A DNA stretch of 64,000 bases from Octopus vulgaris (GCA_951406725.2 OX597833.1:69812001-69876000); one strand, 5' to 3'. Counted from the first letter of the stretch, positions 28,265-44,714 are shown. Program-made: numbers and translations. The notes: generated by a model from the sequence alone, not told the origin.

Positions 28265-28515
28265 ATAGAGCGCAGTGAATGAATTGTCGTCTAAATTACA
28301 CGAAAATGAAAACAAGACTGACATCTCATTTTAACAGATATATTTACCAACATTACATAAAAGTATCTTGAAGTACTAAAGTGTAAATTTATTGAATAAA
28401 ATCGTCATGGCTTCAACCACGGCCTCCAGACAACTTCGGAATCTCCTGCAATTCTGCAGCACGGTTTCCTTGTTTAAGCTGGAGAATGCTGCCATAATCC
28501 ATTCCTTCAGTTCAA
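28265..28515 (-). mobile_element. Tc1/mariner-superfamily transposon 3' remnant
   Basis: Minus translation IMAAFSSLNKETVLQNCRRFRSCLEAVVEA resembles Tc1-like transposase C-termini; TIR-like end near 28265. Confidence 0.6.
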
Positions 28516-29383
28516 TACGACAAAATGCTAGGCTTACAAAGAATAAGTCCTGGGGTCTATTTGTTCGATTAAAGGCGGTGCTCCAGGATGGCCGCAGTCA
28601 AATGACTGAAATGTATAAAAATATATATATTATATATATGCATGTTTGTGAGTTATTTCCTCGGAGGAGGGATATTTCTGTTTGTAGTTTTACATCTCGA
28701 ATGGGGCGAGGCCCTTTGGCTTAGGTCACGGCTGCCCTTGGGTTTTGTCTTTAAGAGAAGGGAACGCGTGAACGTATATGTATGCATGTCCTTATATGGA
28801 AACTTAAACCTGCACTCATGCAGTGCGTGTGCATGACATTATAACGCGTGAGTGTGTATGCCATCTTCGTAGATTTATACACGCCCTTGTGTATGCATTT
28901 ATATTTTATGCATATGATGTCTTATATCCTTATGCGAATACATGTGCGTGGGTGATGATATCACTAACAATATATTTTTAAAAGTATGGGTTTATAGCAA
29001 CCGCATCCATCGTTGCTCTATTTGATATCCAAATGAATCGTTGGATATCATGAAGTTATATCTTTCCCCTTTCATATTATTTAATCTCTTAACTTGTGCC
29101 TCGAAATGAAATTCCTACTAAATTTGATCAGCCCCCAATTACCGAGATATCTGATCTCTGTAATTTCTCATCCTAAAGCATGACGATTTCCAAGGAGAAA
29201 ATGAAATATTGCAGCAGGATTAGCCACATACGAAGCCATTATTATGAGCTAATCGCATTCATCTTATTTCCCCGAACGGGTTTTATATGATACTTTGAAA
29301 GAAAAAGAAAGTAGGCATTTTGCTTCGCTGTGTGGGTTTGTGTGTGTGTGTGTGTCTGCGCGAGGGTCATAGTGTGCATGTAC

Positions 29384-29755
<372 letters not shown>

Positions 29756-30137
29756 CCTTTTTCTATTATATTCCAATTCATGTTTGTCTGAAATAGAAGA
29801 AAAAATGTAAAATCATTGCTGCTGCAATACAAATAAACTGACTGTATAAGGAATTCAAAAGAAGAGTTGTCTGTTGTTTGAACAGATACAGAATGGAAAT
29901 CTCTCCTCAGCTTAACAAACTCTGTGATGGATGTTGATATATATCTAATATATTTTTGTAAACCTTTCCGTTCTTATATGGACTTGGTATAATCAATGAT
30001 TGTATGCATTGTGCGGAAGCCTATAGTGTTTATGCATAGCATAACATAGGATTAACTCTCGTGGTTGTATTTTGCAGTTTCCTCTCAGGCGTTATAGTAA
30101 ATCATTCGGAATTTCTTTATTTGACATATGTCTCTCA

Positions 30138-30176
<39 letters not shown>

Positions 30177-30439
30177 GCTTCTGGTATATGTATACATATA
30201 CTTATGTATACATACGCACACAAGCACTTATCTACATACACATAAACAGACATAAACAGACACTTTCGCACACTTTCACACATATATATATATGTGAATG
30301 CTTATATACATAGATGCACACTGCAATACTGTATACTTATCATACTGATACGTACATTATATGTGTATATATATATATATAGAGAGAGAGAGAAATAGAT
30401 ATGCATGTATGTATATACGTATGTATGTATATATGTGCA

Positions 30440-30690
30440 TAATAAAGATTGATTACAGGATAACAACATTACAGAACAAAATAGTTGTGTAGATCGTGAT
30501 GTATATAATAAATAACATCCTACAGTATGATACATGTTGTATACACATATAATATGTATATATATATATGTACTAATAAAGATTGATTACAGGATAACAA
30601 CATTACAGAACAAAATAAGTTGTATATATAATAAGTATCGTGATGTATATATAAATAACATCCTACACTAAATACATGTGTGTATACATA
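30440..30690. repeat. Imperfect tandem duplication, period ~134 bp
   Basis: taataaagattgattacaggataacaacattacagaacaaaata at 30440 and 30574. Confidence 0.85.
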
Positions 30691-31100
30691 TATACTTATA
30701 TATATATATATTTATATTTATATTTATATTTATATATATATATATACATATAGATAGGTAGATAGATAGATAAATAGATATAGATATGTGTGTTTATATG
30801 TATGTATGCATAGATGACCACACGAAATGATACATACATACACACATACACAAAAATATATCTATGTATGAGGTCGTGCATATGCGTGTGTGTGTGTGTG
30901 TGTGTGTACAAGTATGTTTGTAAGATATATGATATTCATATGGAAACGTTTGACTGCAACTTATAAGTTTTTTATGGGGGCAGCTAAACCGAAACTTCGA
31001 ACTGACGGACAACTTTTCACGTATGTCATCTAATTGAATATACTGAGAGATCCTTGAATTAACATGTAGCATACATGTGCAAATATATACATATATATAT

Positions 31101-31291
31101 ATGGAGAGTTTTCATAAAAAAAACAAAAGACGAAGATTGGTGGTGTACAACACAAACAGATGTATTAGTATAACTCTCAGGAATAGAAAAAAGTCTTTTA
31201 TGTTTCGAGCCTACGCTCTTCTGCTGAAAGGGACACAGAAAAATCAAGAAGAGAAAAATGTGTGTAGTGGCTAACGATCTATCATGGCGTC
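31101..31291 (-). mobile_element. HHR family F4 element in (TA)n; decayed HHR at 31195-31230
   Basis: Reverse complement aligns to 35626-35805; CUUU-CAGCAGA-A-GAGC-GUAG-GCUC-GAAA-CA-UA-AAAG. Confidence 0.75.
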
Positions 31292-32063
31292 TATATATAT
31301 ATATATGTGTGTGTGTGTGTATGTGTGTGTGTGTAGATAGAGAAAGAGAGGCACAAACCGTCTGACAAACAGAGAAAGAGACAATACTGGAGTTATGCTC
31401 TCACATACACAGTTTTATTTTCCTTCATTTTGCATACGCTACGGAAATGATTTTCAAGTTTCCAATATATATATTTTATATTTTATTCTATAGCTTACTT
31501 CATACTTTATTATATAGCGTATTGGTATATATTCTTTCATGCCTTATTCACATATAGAATTTCAGAATTATTGATTCCTCCTATCTTAAGTTTCTAATAG
31601 AAATTTCTCGATATATACATTTACAAAGATGAAACATATATGAATGAAATTCTACAGAAAATGTCTAAAACGTGGGTTGTTGTTTTAGAGTAGATTGCAA
31701 ATAATTGTTCAGGTAGAAGAAGTCATGTACACACACACAGGCATAAAGATAGACATGTGTATGAACAACTATATGTATACCCACGTCTGTATACAAGAAC
31801 TCATAAAATCATATAAACATTAAACTGAATTGAATGAGTTGGAATAAACGTGTAAATATATATATTTTGCGTGTGTGAGCTACGCACATGTATATATACA
31901 TATACGTGTGTGTGTATGTATGCATGTATGTATGTATGTATGTATGTATGTATGTATGCATGTTTGTATTGTATAGATATTGTTATGTACATACATGGAA
32001 TGTTTCCATAGATAAATAGATAAAAACACATGCATACATACATATATAGATACATAGAAGGAC

Positions 32064-32151
<88 letters not shown>

Positions 32152-32197
32152 TATAGGTAGGTAGAGCTAGGTAGATAGATAGATAGATAGATAGATT

Positions 32198-32259
<62 letters not shown>

Positions 32260-32264
32260 CAGAC

Positions 32265-32330
<66 letters not shown>

Positions 32331-32372
32331 GTGGGTAGGTAGCTATAGATAGATAGGTAGGTAGATAGATAT

Positions 32373-32557
32373 GTTTCTTTATTAGCCACACAGGGCTGCA
32401 CACAGATAGAACAAATTACAAGGTAGAGCTTTTCTTTTGAAGGTTTAAAAAAAAAAAAAAAAAAAAAAAAAAGGAAGGGGGAGTTTCGATCAAAAGGGAT
32501 CGTAAAAGGAGAGAAAGAGGACAAAAAAAGGGGGGTTTAAAAAAAAGGGGGAGAGGG

Positions 32558-32588
<31 letters not shown>

Positions 32589-33661
32589 CAATAGGGATCG
32601 TTATCACAGAAATGTCAATATGAAGTGTAAAGGGGAGGACAGGTGAGGTTTACCCGTGCAAAGAAAAGCCTACGGAAAAGACCACGGTAACCTCGGTCAA
32701 TGAAGTCACATTTTATATTTCTTTTTTTTTTTTTTTTTTTTTTTTTGCAAATAAGCAACTCTCTGTTTTCGATTTCTGGGTTCATAGGACTATGCTCAAG
32801 GTGGCTTCGTCATTCATACGTGCCATTCTTGCTACATTCACCCATCTTTTTTTAAAACATTCGCTAGACAAAACTTGCCTCTCTACTCTCACTTTCCTTT
32901 TCAAGTGGTACTTGAAGAAGTTGATGAGAGATTGACCAGAGAGGAAAGTGTTTGTCTCCAATCCTTTCAGACGCGTCCACCAGATACATTCTTTCGCCAT
33001 AGCCACAAGGATGATGAAAATAGCTCTTCCTTCCCGTTTGAAGGAAGGAGGCGTGACAATATTGACGATAGACTCAGCTGATAAACCGACTCGTCCCACA
33101 CGTGACAGCAGTTGTTCGACATAAGCCCACAGGTCGGAAATTGTTGGGCACTGAACGAGTGCGTGCAGAACGGTTTCGTCGCTCTGACCGCATCTCGGGC
33201 AGGTCGGCCCCGTGTTTCTCGAGCCGTGTCTGTAGAGCTTATCCCGAACGGGTAGCGCTTCTCGGTAGCACTGCCAGGCCAGGGATCTCTGGAAGTTGTC
33301 CATGGGCCCTGGCCCGAAGGTCGTCCTGAACAGGCGGGTCAGGTACTCCTCGTCGACGTCCAGGTTCGCCCCGAGCTCGTCGTCGTACCTCCCCTCCACT
33401 AAACCCCTATAGAATGCTTTGGTTGTGTTGAAGTCACTTAAGGTCGACCCAGGACGGCAGAGTTGCTTGAGAGCAACGCGACACTCGCGGTGCCATTCGC
33501 CCTTCCTCGGCCTCTTTTTGATCCACGACTGCAGTTCGGTCATGGAGACGAGCTGCGGGAAAGCGTGCCTCACAAACGGCGACCACACCTGTTCACCGTC
33601 GTCTACATAGAGCCAGAGATGCCGCAGTCTCAGCGCGTGTCTGCGCATCATCAACCACGGC
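32373..33661 (-). mobile_element. 5'-truncated L1/Tx1-like LINE inserted in (GATA)n
   Basis: GC-rich insert flanked by (GATA)n on both sides; U-rich 3' UTR ending AATAAAGAAAC. Confidence 0.85.
32782..33654 (-). CDS. C-terminal part of LINE ORF2 (zf-RVT zinc knuckle); transposon-derived and 5'-truncated
   Basis: 290 codons without stops; [46 protein letters not shown]. Confidence 0.8.
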   Translation of the reverse strand: MMMRRHALRLRHLWLYVDDGEQVWSPFVRHAFPQLVSMTELQSWIKKRPRKGEWHRECRVALKQLCRPGSTLSDFNTTKAFYRGLVEGRYDDELGANLDVDEEYLTRLFRTTFGPGPMDNFQRSLAWQCYREALPVRDKLYRHGSRNTGPTCPRCGQSDETVLHALVQCPTISDLWAYVEQLLSRVGRVGLSAESIVNIVTPPSFKREGRAIFIILVAMAKECIWWTRLKGLETNTFLSGQSLINFFKYHLKRKVRVERQVLSSECFKKRWVNVARMARMNDEATLSIVL

Positions 33662-34025
<364 letters not shown>

Positions 34026-34368
34026 ATCTTTGACTATGCAAAGAAAAGAAGCAACAATACGAATGCGGAAAATATCACAAACTCCTGCATTGGCTTCTAA
34101 ATAAAGAGATTGAATCATCATCGAATTCAATATGTTGTCTTAAGAAACATTTCCCTCATCGATAAATCAATTATGCGAAAACAGCAAGAATGCATATGCT
34201 GCATTTTAAAATATTTTATCGAAATATTTATTTGTAAGCAGAGTGAATTTTACTAAAAGGTGAGGCCGTTAGCCGCAAACAAATCTTTGAAAGAGTCCTG
34301 CATTTTCGCACAATCCAGCCCCTATGAAGCGTTTTCTCTCTCTCACTCACTCTCTGTCTCTGTCTCTG

Positions 34369-34445
<77 letters not shown>

Positions 34446-35268
34446 CTCTCCCTCATGTACATATTTGCACGCGTACTCTTCTGCATGTCATTCAATGGCT
34501 TTTTCGTTGTCATCATGTCTGTTTTCCCGTGCTTGCTTGAGTTGGATGAACATATGATGAGATGCATTGTTTTTACAGCCGGATGCTCCTCCTGGCGCAA
34601 ACCTTTACCTGTTCTTCAATTAAAAGATCACTTATCGTACACCGTCTCTATGATACGAAATGTCAGGAAGGCATGCAGACTGAAGAAGCTGGCAAATACA
34701 CTTCCTAATTGACATTTGTTTCAAGTGATGGCTGGCTGCTGTAAAGTAGAAATGTTTATACATACACACAGAAATATTTATACATGCTTAAGTAGGTGTC
34801 AACACATGAATAAAAAAAAATAAATAAAAACAAATTACACGAACGTATATAAACAGGAGATACAAATATTATAGGCACTTCACCCCCCCACCCCACACAC
34901 ACACTAACTAAACATAGACACACATAGAGGTATACGCAGGCGCAAATGAAGACACATATAATAGGAATACAAAATACAAAATGGTTGACGGTTAGTAAGG
35001 AGAGACACACGAATAAGATAGAAGAAAGCAAAGGACCACTGATGCGGTCACAGGAGTGTGACGAAAGAACTCTGGCCGAAAGAAGATTAAGATTAATGTA
35101 AAAAATTAATAACGCTGAAGCAAAGTAACACCAAATATATAGTGCGTGTGTTTTTATTGGCTAAACTGGCAAAATGACCATTCCTAAATACAACAACATC
35201 TGTTTCAACACACGATTTCACATCAAAAATCTTGCAAAGCAAATATATAAACGTAACATGAATATATG

Positions 35269-35310
<42 letters not shown>

Positions 35311-35315
35311 CACAT

Positions 35316-35358
<43 letters not shown>

Positions 35359-35440
35359 CTTTTCAAAACGTGACCGCGTGTGTACCGTTGGCGATTTTTT
35401 TTTCACTGTCTTCCCTTCTCTGGATCTTTCCTTCTCCTGT

Positions 35441-35475
35441 GTTTCCGACGTAGAGCTCAGCTCGAAACGTTAAAC
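35441..35475 (+). ncRNA. Hammerhead-like motif, F5 (mutated core), in element ~35365-35552
   Basis: GUUU-CCGACGU-A-GAGC-UCA-GCUC-GAAA-CG-UU-AAAC; related tail at 38155-38228 (-). Confidence 0.55.
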
Positions 35476-35549
35476 CCTCCTTCTTCCCTTCTTTCCTGAG
35501 CGTCCAATAATACTATAATTGTTCCACGTCCTCGCGTTGTTGTGTTTTT

Positions 35550-35628
<79 letters not shown>

Positions 35629-35688
35629 GCCATAATAGATCGTTAGCTACTACACAAATTTTTTCTCTCCTTGTTTTTTTCTGTGTCC

Positions 35689-35724
35689 CTTTCTGCAGAA
35701 GAGCGTAGGCTCGAAACGTAAAAG
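35689..35724 (+). ncRNA. Minimal hammerhead motif, F4, variant core CUGCAGA, in element ~35626-35805
   Basis: CUUU-CUGCAGA-A-GAGC-GUAG-GCUC-GAAA-CG-UA-AAAG; stems I and II perfect. Confidence 0.7.
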
Positions 35725-36738
35725 ACTTTATCTATCCCTGCGTGTTATACTAATACATCTGTTTATTTTGTACACCCTCTGTCTTCGTCTTTTGTTTTTT
35801 TTTATATATACAGATATATATAATTTTGAAATACTTATATATAAACTTATATGTATACACAAAATTTATATATGCACACGTGAGTGTTTGATTATACATA
35901 TATATATATACGTATGTGTCTGCGCACGCGTGTGTGTGTGTGTGTGTGGCGGGAGAGAGCTGGATAACTGGATGGACAGATGGATGAAAACATGTCTAAT
36001 GGATTGCCTGGATGAAAGGATCTATATACACGCACATACACACGTTATGATGGTATCATTTCCATGATTTATATGTCTGTTCATATACATACATACATCG
36101 ACAGCGTTCGATTGCATAGAATCTATTCTCTATAAATATCGCCATCACATGTACATATGTTGCTACGATACGTTATGTGATAGATAGGTTTAAAATGACG
36201 GCTGAGATAACAAACTTAGCAACTAAAACAAGAATAAAGCAACACGCCTGGCAACAAAAGAAACATCGACAACAACAGCATCAACAACAACTACAATATC
36301 AATGAATAAAGATTTATGAAGATTAATCAACGACGTAGAATTTTGAAAAAGGTATGATAGATTTATGAATCGCTGTATATTATTTAATAAAATCATACAA
36401 ATATTATATGTTTGCAAACGTTCTGATGGACGTGTGTGTGTGTCTATATGCATACACGAGTGCGTGAGTGTATTCATGTGCACAGATATGTGTGTAGGCG
36501 TCTCTGTGCGAGTAAGTGTGTGTGTGTGTAACTATGCTGATTTGCATTTTTTTTTATCTCGCTAAACTGAGAGATCGAAACTTTTACACACATACACACA
36601 CACAATCATAACCAGTCAAATATACATTCATGTATATACATGTGTGTGTCTGTGTGTGTTTGTAATGTATGTATATATGTTTCCACATATGAATGTATAA
36701 CTTACTGTATCTTTCTGTATGTCTAGTTTCCTTCCTCA

Positions 36739-36773
<35 letters not shown>

Positions 36774-36815
36774 AACATACATACACCACGCACTCACACA
36801 CACATACATATATAT

Positions 36816-36847
<32 letters not shown>

Positions 36848-36957
36848 GTGTGTATATATATATATATATATACACAAACATACATACACCACGCACTCAC
36901 ACACACGCACACACACACACACATATATATATATATAAGTATAAATATATGTATATG

Positions 36958-37013
<56 letters not shown>

Positions 37014-37254
37014 ACAATATGTGTGTGTTTGTGTTCAGTGTAGTACGTTTGATTTTTGTTGAAATTTGATATATACATTCAACAATAATTATTGCAGACG
37101 ATATTCTTGTTATTAATTAGTTTGTGTTTTAGATTCAGCAAAGTTTCATCTCTTCTTTTAGCGTCTTTTTTTTTGGGGGGGGGGGGGTTACGTATTTTTC
37201 TTTCATTAATTTATGTCGAAATTTCTTTTCAGAAACGAATAAAAGAAACTCATA

Positions 37255-37415
37255 CGTAACTGTGGCTGTATGGTAAGAAGTTTGTTTCTGAACCACATGG
37301 TTCCGGGTTCAGCCATACTGTGTGGCACCTTTGGCAAGCATCTTCTACTATAGCCTCGGGCCATACGAATTTTTATCTGTGTATTTGGTAGACGGAAACT
37401 GAAAGTAGCCCGTCA
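37255..37415 (+). mobile_element. SINE family B, 5' half
   Basis: ggtaagaagtttg..aaccacatggttccgggttcag..ggtagacggaaactgaaag. Confidence 0.8.
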
Positions 37416-37563
37416 TATACGTATGTATATATGTGAGTGTGTGTGTCTTTATATTTCTATTGCGTATTATTTCCTTTCGCCACTGTCATTTTCAAAATAT
37501 CTTTCAGGCACTCTTTCACTGATATCCATTTTGAAGTTTTAGTCTCCTGTCAGAGTAATACCT

Positions 37564-37794
37564 ATTTCTTTATTACCCACAAGGGGCTAAACACAGAGGG
37601 GACAAACAAGGACAGACATAGGTATTAAGTCGATTACATCGACCCCAGTGCGTAACTGGTACTTAATTTATCGACCCCGAAAGGATAAAAGGCAGAGTCG
37701 ACCTCGGCTGAATTTGAACTCACAACGTAACGCAGACGAAATACCGCTAAGCATTTCGCCCGGCGTGCTAACGTTTCTGCCAGCACGTCGCATT
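37564..37794 (-). mobile_element. SINE family A with 16-bp TSD
   Basis: TSD tgtcagagtaatacct at 37548-37563 and 37795-37810. Confidence 0.9.
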
Positions 37795-38232
37795 TGTCAG
37801 AGTAATACCTTTGCTACAGTAAAAGTGTAAACACACAAAGTTTTGAGTAGATAGAGGGTCGTCCTCTTACATAGTCTATAAGTGTACTCAGTGGATAATC
37901 CAATCAATGCACGTTGGTCATACGATTACGTGTACGATTGGCAAGCTCTTTTTGCATGGAATTTATTTCTTGGAGTTTAATAGACCATAAGTAATCCTCT
38001 TTAAATGCATACATATCTTGGTTATTGGACCTTTCCAGAAAACGATAGAGAATGAGTGCAGCATTTGTGCTGACACTATTAAGTACATATATATGTGTGT
38101 GCATTTGTGAGTGTGTGTGTGTGCCTATATATATATATATATATATATATAGTAAATAAAAAAAGACGAAGAACATACACAAGGAAAAAAGCAACAACGC
38201 AAGTGCGTGGAACATGCAAATATTAGCAGACA

Positions 38233-38266
<34 letters not shown>

Positions 38267-38345
38267 TACAAATATATATTTATACACGCACGCAGAAACA
38301 CACACACACAAACACACACACACACAAACACACACATACACACAG

Positions 38346-38402
<57 letters not shown>

Positions 38403-38905
38403 CTTTTGAAAAAAATGGGTTTCCTGTTGCGACAGTCGTCGTTATTACAAATCTATTATGTTTATAGTTATCGTCTCAGTTCGGAGAGAAATACGAAACA
38501 GTTTGCTGTCTTCTCCTTTCTTCCTTCCTTTCTTCCTTCTGGAAACGGCTCCCCCCTCCTTTTCAATTGGTTTATCTTATCTTAACATTTGATTGATGCG
38601 TGTATTGCGATATATAACATCATCCGAATAATACGACGGCTGAATTGGCCACGGATTCATGCATGAAATAAGTCATAGTAAGTCATTATTGCACAACGCC
38701 TCATAAAGCAGCATAATACGCAGGAGTAGGCAAAAAAAGAAAAATAAATGGAAAAAGAGAGAGAGAGAGAGAGACAAAGTGAGAGAGAGGGAGTAAAACG
38801 AAAAAGTAGTCAGTGAGACAAAGAGAACCACACTTAATACGCGTGGCAGACACTCTCTCTGATCGCTGTCTCTAATAATAATAATAATAATGATAATAAT
38901 AATAA

Positions 38906-38936
<31 letters not shown>

Positions 38937-38996
38937 AAGAAGAAGAATAACAATAATAATAATAATAACAACGACAACAACAACAATAATAATAAT

Positions 38997-39077
<81 letters not shown>

Positions 39078-39087
39078 TATAATAATA

Positions 39088-39516
39088 GAAATTAAGGCCA
39101 ACAGACCAGATATAGTTGTCAGAGATCATGAAGAAAAAAATGCTTTCTAATTGATGTATCAATACCGGCTGATGACAACGTGTCTCTAAAAGAAATGGAG
39201 AAACTTTCAAAATACAAAGACCTGGAAATAGAGGTAACTAGAATGTGGAATCTAAAAACAGAAACAATTCCTATCATAGTAGGTGCATTAGGCATGATAA
39301 AAAAATAATCAGACAAATACATAACAAAAACACCAGGACTTACAAACACATATAACATACAGAAAATTGCACTACTAGGCACTGCACACATCCTACGCAG
39401 AACACTTTCCATTCAATAACCATCAGAGCATCACAACAAATCACAGCACATACCCAAGGCACACAGAGCTGCGCTCGGTAGTGAAGTGAAAGCATGCTAT
39501 AAAAATAAAACTACTG
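39088..39516 (+). mobile_element. 3' end of an R4/Dong-clade non-LTR retrotransposon (restriction-like endonuclease) in (TAA)n
   Basis: IKANRPDIVV..(frameshift)..FLIDVSIP..KEMEKLSKYKDLEIE..W..IPIIVGALG..IQKIALLGTAHILRRTL; (TAA)n on both sides. Confidence 0.9.
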
Positions 39517-39541
39517 AATAATAATGATAATAATAATAATA

Positions 39542-39583
<42 letters not shown>

Positions 39584-39619
39584 TCAAATTTTGACACAAC
39601 GCCAGTAATTTGGCTTGGT

Positions 39620-39760
39620 GGGTAAGTCAATTACATCGACCTCGGTGTTTCTTTGGTACTTCATTTATCGACCCCGAAATGATGAAAGGCAATGTTGATC
39701 TCGGCAGAATGTGTGAAGTCAGAATGTGCAGAGAGACGAAATGCCGCTAAGCATTTTGCC
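39620..39760 (-). mobile_element. Old SINE family A copy; further decayed copies at ~40050-40180 and ~40310-40410
   Basis: tttatcgaccccgaaatgatgaaaggcaa..gacgaaatgccgctaagcatttt. Confidence 0.65.
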
Positions 39761-39765
39761 TGTTC

Positions 39766-39806
<41 letters not shown>

Positions 39807-39850
39807 TGATGATGATGATGATGATGATGATGCTGATGATGATGATAATG

Positions 39851-39937
<87 letters not shown>

Positions 39938-40020
39938 GAGAAATCTGTTGGTGAATTTGAGGTTGGAATGAGGGTAGAACATGTGCAGAAAACTATTTTG
40001 TTGGGACGGGCACAAGAACT
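39938..40020 (+). pseudogene. Short older R4/Dong-like C-terminal fragment after (TAA)n
   Basis: RVEHVQKTILLGRAQEL parallels IQKIALLGTAHIL. Confidence 0.55.
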
Positions 40021-40569
40021 GATACTTTTCAGGGACGGGTCCAGTTCATCGGTAACTGGTACTTATTTCATCGATCCCTACAGAGCAGAAAGCAATGTCG
40101 ACATCGATGGGAATTCGATTAAGTAAAGCCGAAGAAATGCTGCTAACCGTTTCGTGTAGTGTGCTAACGATTCTGCCAACTAGCTACTCTATTATGAATA
40201 ATAAAAATTTGTCCTATTAGGAGCCAAATTTGTCCTATTAGGAGTCAAAGAATGGTCGGTACCTCAAACCCAGTGCTTTAAAGTCAGTTAATAGAAAATC
40301 GAAGAATATATGTGGAAATTGATCTCGATGGGATTTGAACTTAGAACGTAAAGATTTAAACGGATTGCCGCTCAGCGTTTTGTCCTACGCTCAACCAATT
40401 CTGCTGACTTGTTTCCTTAGTACATCTGCCAAATATAACAACAACAATAAAGCTCTTTTTCCCCACATAATTATCGAAAAAGCTCAAGAATTAATATGGT
40501 CGTCTTGGATATTTAAGTCTTGGATTGACGGTGGAATCGTATCCACGGTTTCTCGAAAATATATAGTAT

Positions 40570-41020
40570 ATACACACGCACACACACACACACACATTCA
40601 TCCATACATCCATACATCCATACATATATATGTACGTATATGCATAAATACATACATGCATATATGCATACATACATATATGCATGCATACATACATATA
40701 TCCATACATACATAAATATATGCATACATACATATATCCATCCATACATACATACATGCATATATGAATACATATATACATGCATACATACATACATGCA
40801 TATATGCATACATACATATATCCATACATACATTCATACACACAAGCATATATGCTTACATACATATATATATCGATACATACATACATATATGCATATA
40901 TGCATTCATCCATACATACATACATATATGCTTACATAAATACATGCATACATATATGCATACATACATACATTGATACATACATGCATATATCCATACA
41001 ACATACATGCATATATGCTT
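40570..41020. repeat. Degenerate (CATA/TGCA)n low-complexity tract
   Basis: Direct inspection. Confidence 0.85.
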
Positions 41021-41843
41021 ATAAATCTATCAATAAATGCAAAAGGAACGATAGATTTATTAAATTTATTCTCTGCATTGTGTAAGCAAGCGTGACTATC
41101 CCCACTTCGGTTTATAATTTGGAATGTCGGAGATTATACCAGACTAAGTTCAATTCAATAAGCATGTAATTTCATACGACTCCAATATTGAGATTTAGCT
41201 ATTTTTAAAACTTTATAGGAAATTTCCAAAAATCGATGGGTGTACAGCGAGAACTTTAAAGCCGGTCGGGAATAGGATAAGTGTATCTTGTCATAATTCC
41301 ATTGATGTTATAGTTTCAATGAATACATAGAAGTAATAGTGATCTATATTAGTAGTATTATTAGTGGTTTCTGATTCGGGTAATCGTTTGAATATTTCTG
41401 AATTATTTCGGTTGTGGTTTTGATTGTGGCTAATGTTCTTTTTCTGGAAATTGCTGATCATAAATTGATTTATGGTTCCTGTAAGGATTATTATCTGAGG
41501 CAATATCCAGTGAAAGGGTTCTAGCAACAGAAAATACAGCGTCACACCACCACCACACATACAAACAAGGTTTGCATGTTTATATATGTACGGAGCAATG
41601 TATGTTTATATCTGTGTGTGTGTGTGAATATATATCTACATATGTATATATATGTATCTATGTTTATTTTGTGTGGATTCACATACGTGCATATGCACAG
41701 GCATGCAAAAATATATGTATATGCATGCGTATATATGTATATATAAACAGTTATGTGAGTATGTATGTATTCTTGCATGCATACCTACATAACTATACAC
41801 ACACACACAATATACACTTATATATATGTACGTATATATATAC

Positions 41844-41897
<54 letters not shown>

Positions 41898-42165
41898 CGT
41901 GTGTATATATATATATGTATATGTATATACATACATATATGCATATATATATATATATACATGTATATATATTTATATATATACATTTATATACAAGCAT
42001 ACGTGAATGGATACACTCCCCCACACACATATATATTAATAGTTATATATGCATACACACACATATATATACATAAATTACATATATATTTATATGAATA
42101 TATATATATATATACATAACTATATATATTCATATATATATGTATATGAGTATACATATATATGA

Positions 42166-42239
<74 letters not shown>

Positions 42240-42439
42240 GTGTGTGTGTGTGTGTATGTATACCTACTTATACTTTTGTATGTCTCTCTTGGGAATCCTA
42301 GTTAATATAGATAATGCAATTTGCTAAATAGGCTCAAAACATTACAGAACGGAATCGATTGTACTTACAACGTATACGTTAAAACGCATTTGTGGATATG
42401 TTTGTATTTCGTATTATAGATATACATATGAATAGACGA

Positions 42440-42927
<488 letters not shown>

Positions 42928-44639
42928 GCAATCAATTTATGTTCCTACGTAAAAGAACACTTTGAACCTAGCAACAGTTTCAATTTGTATCATTGGTCTA
43001 TGCAAATGGTAATGTCATTGAGAATGTTTATTAATATAATGTTAAGTATTGTATATTAAAATGTGTAAAATAAATATTCAAAAATGGATTTAATATTTAA
43101 TCTCCATTACACTGTAGAATACATATAATCTACATATAATCTACTTTGAACTTTATGAGTTTATTCGTCACAAGAATGAAGATTATGTTCTCGTCGGTCA
43201 CTCATTTATTGGTAATCGTTGCTGATTAAGAACCAACATCAGCAAATTTGAGAACAGGCGTCGTCCATACACTGGTTCTTTGGACTCGATTTCTACTTTA
43301 GTTAACCGACCGTGAAACGATGAAATGCAAAGCTGATCCTAGTGTATTTGAAATGAAAATGGAAATGAGGCGGAGGAAGTAACACAAAGCCTGTTTTCTT
43401 TCCTTTTTCTGTTGCTACAACGATTCTAACAGTCCACTACTATAATAATGTTATCTGATTTGGTCTGAAGGTCAACAAACTTGATTCAGATGCTTAGAGT
43501 CGATACCAGAGGCCTTAGTATTTTATTGACACTTCATCGAACAAGACAGGATGAGTATATTTGATATCGCTGGGATTTTAGCTCAGAAAGTAAAATTCCG
43601 GAACAAATACCACAGTGCATTTAATTCGGCAGAATGTAAAGCGTCGTAATCCATTAGAGGATCACAGATAATCCCAATTTTAGGGTCACGAATATTATCA
43701 ATGAACAAAGATTAACGCCATCTGGAGCAAATGGCCCCGAAGCAGTTACTCTATGAGAATTTACAGCTAGGTTTCTCTCGGATTAAACTATAACGTGGTA
43801 CAAATTTCGTGGGCATTCTGGACACCATAGAATATGGGCCTGGCTGGGCCTGGCTGGGCCTGGCACGTCTTTTACGATTGATCTTCTCGATCAGTGCGTA
43901 TTGACATATAGGCTTCCATCAAAAGATCTGCAAAAGTTAATATGCAGAGCCGCCAGTCGAAATATAAGTAGAACTTCGTAATATGTGCAATGCTTTCGCT
44001 AATTGTTTCAAGAGTTTGTCTAGCTTTGAGAAGCTATATGCATGCTCTTGGCCCTGGTACTCTTAACGTAGTGAATATCCGGAATGTCACATCTAGAACA
44101 GGAGAGAGAAAACAAAAAGACTGATCTCACATTGGATTGTACTCCTCTTCACCTGAACAGGCAGGATACAAGTGTAAAAATGTTCTTGACCCAAGAACAC
44201 AACTGGCCACGAGGCACAAGAATCGAACTCACCACATCATCGTCAGTCCAACACTGAGAGCACTAGGACACGCGCCAAATGTTTACAGTGATAGCTTCGT
44301 TGATAGAGCAGAGAACTGCAGTGCAGAACACAGCAATATAGCAAATATATTCAAAAGAAATGTTCAGAAAAACAAAAATTGTAGAGACTGCAATATTGTG
44401 AATGATATGTGTGATACGACATAAAAAATGTCTTCAACAGAAATATATATTAATTACTTCTTGGAATTTTTATATCAAAGTGAATGATTCGCGATTTGAA
44501 ATGTAGTTTTTCCTGCGGTATCTGGAAGAAATATTTATAAATCTAGAGACTTATCATAATATGAATTTGTTTTTCTTCGATTATGTCGAAGAAATATTTA
44601 TAAATTTAGAGTTATCAAAAATAATTTACATACATACAT

Positions 44640-44714
<75 letters not shown>

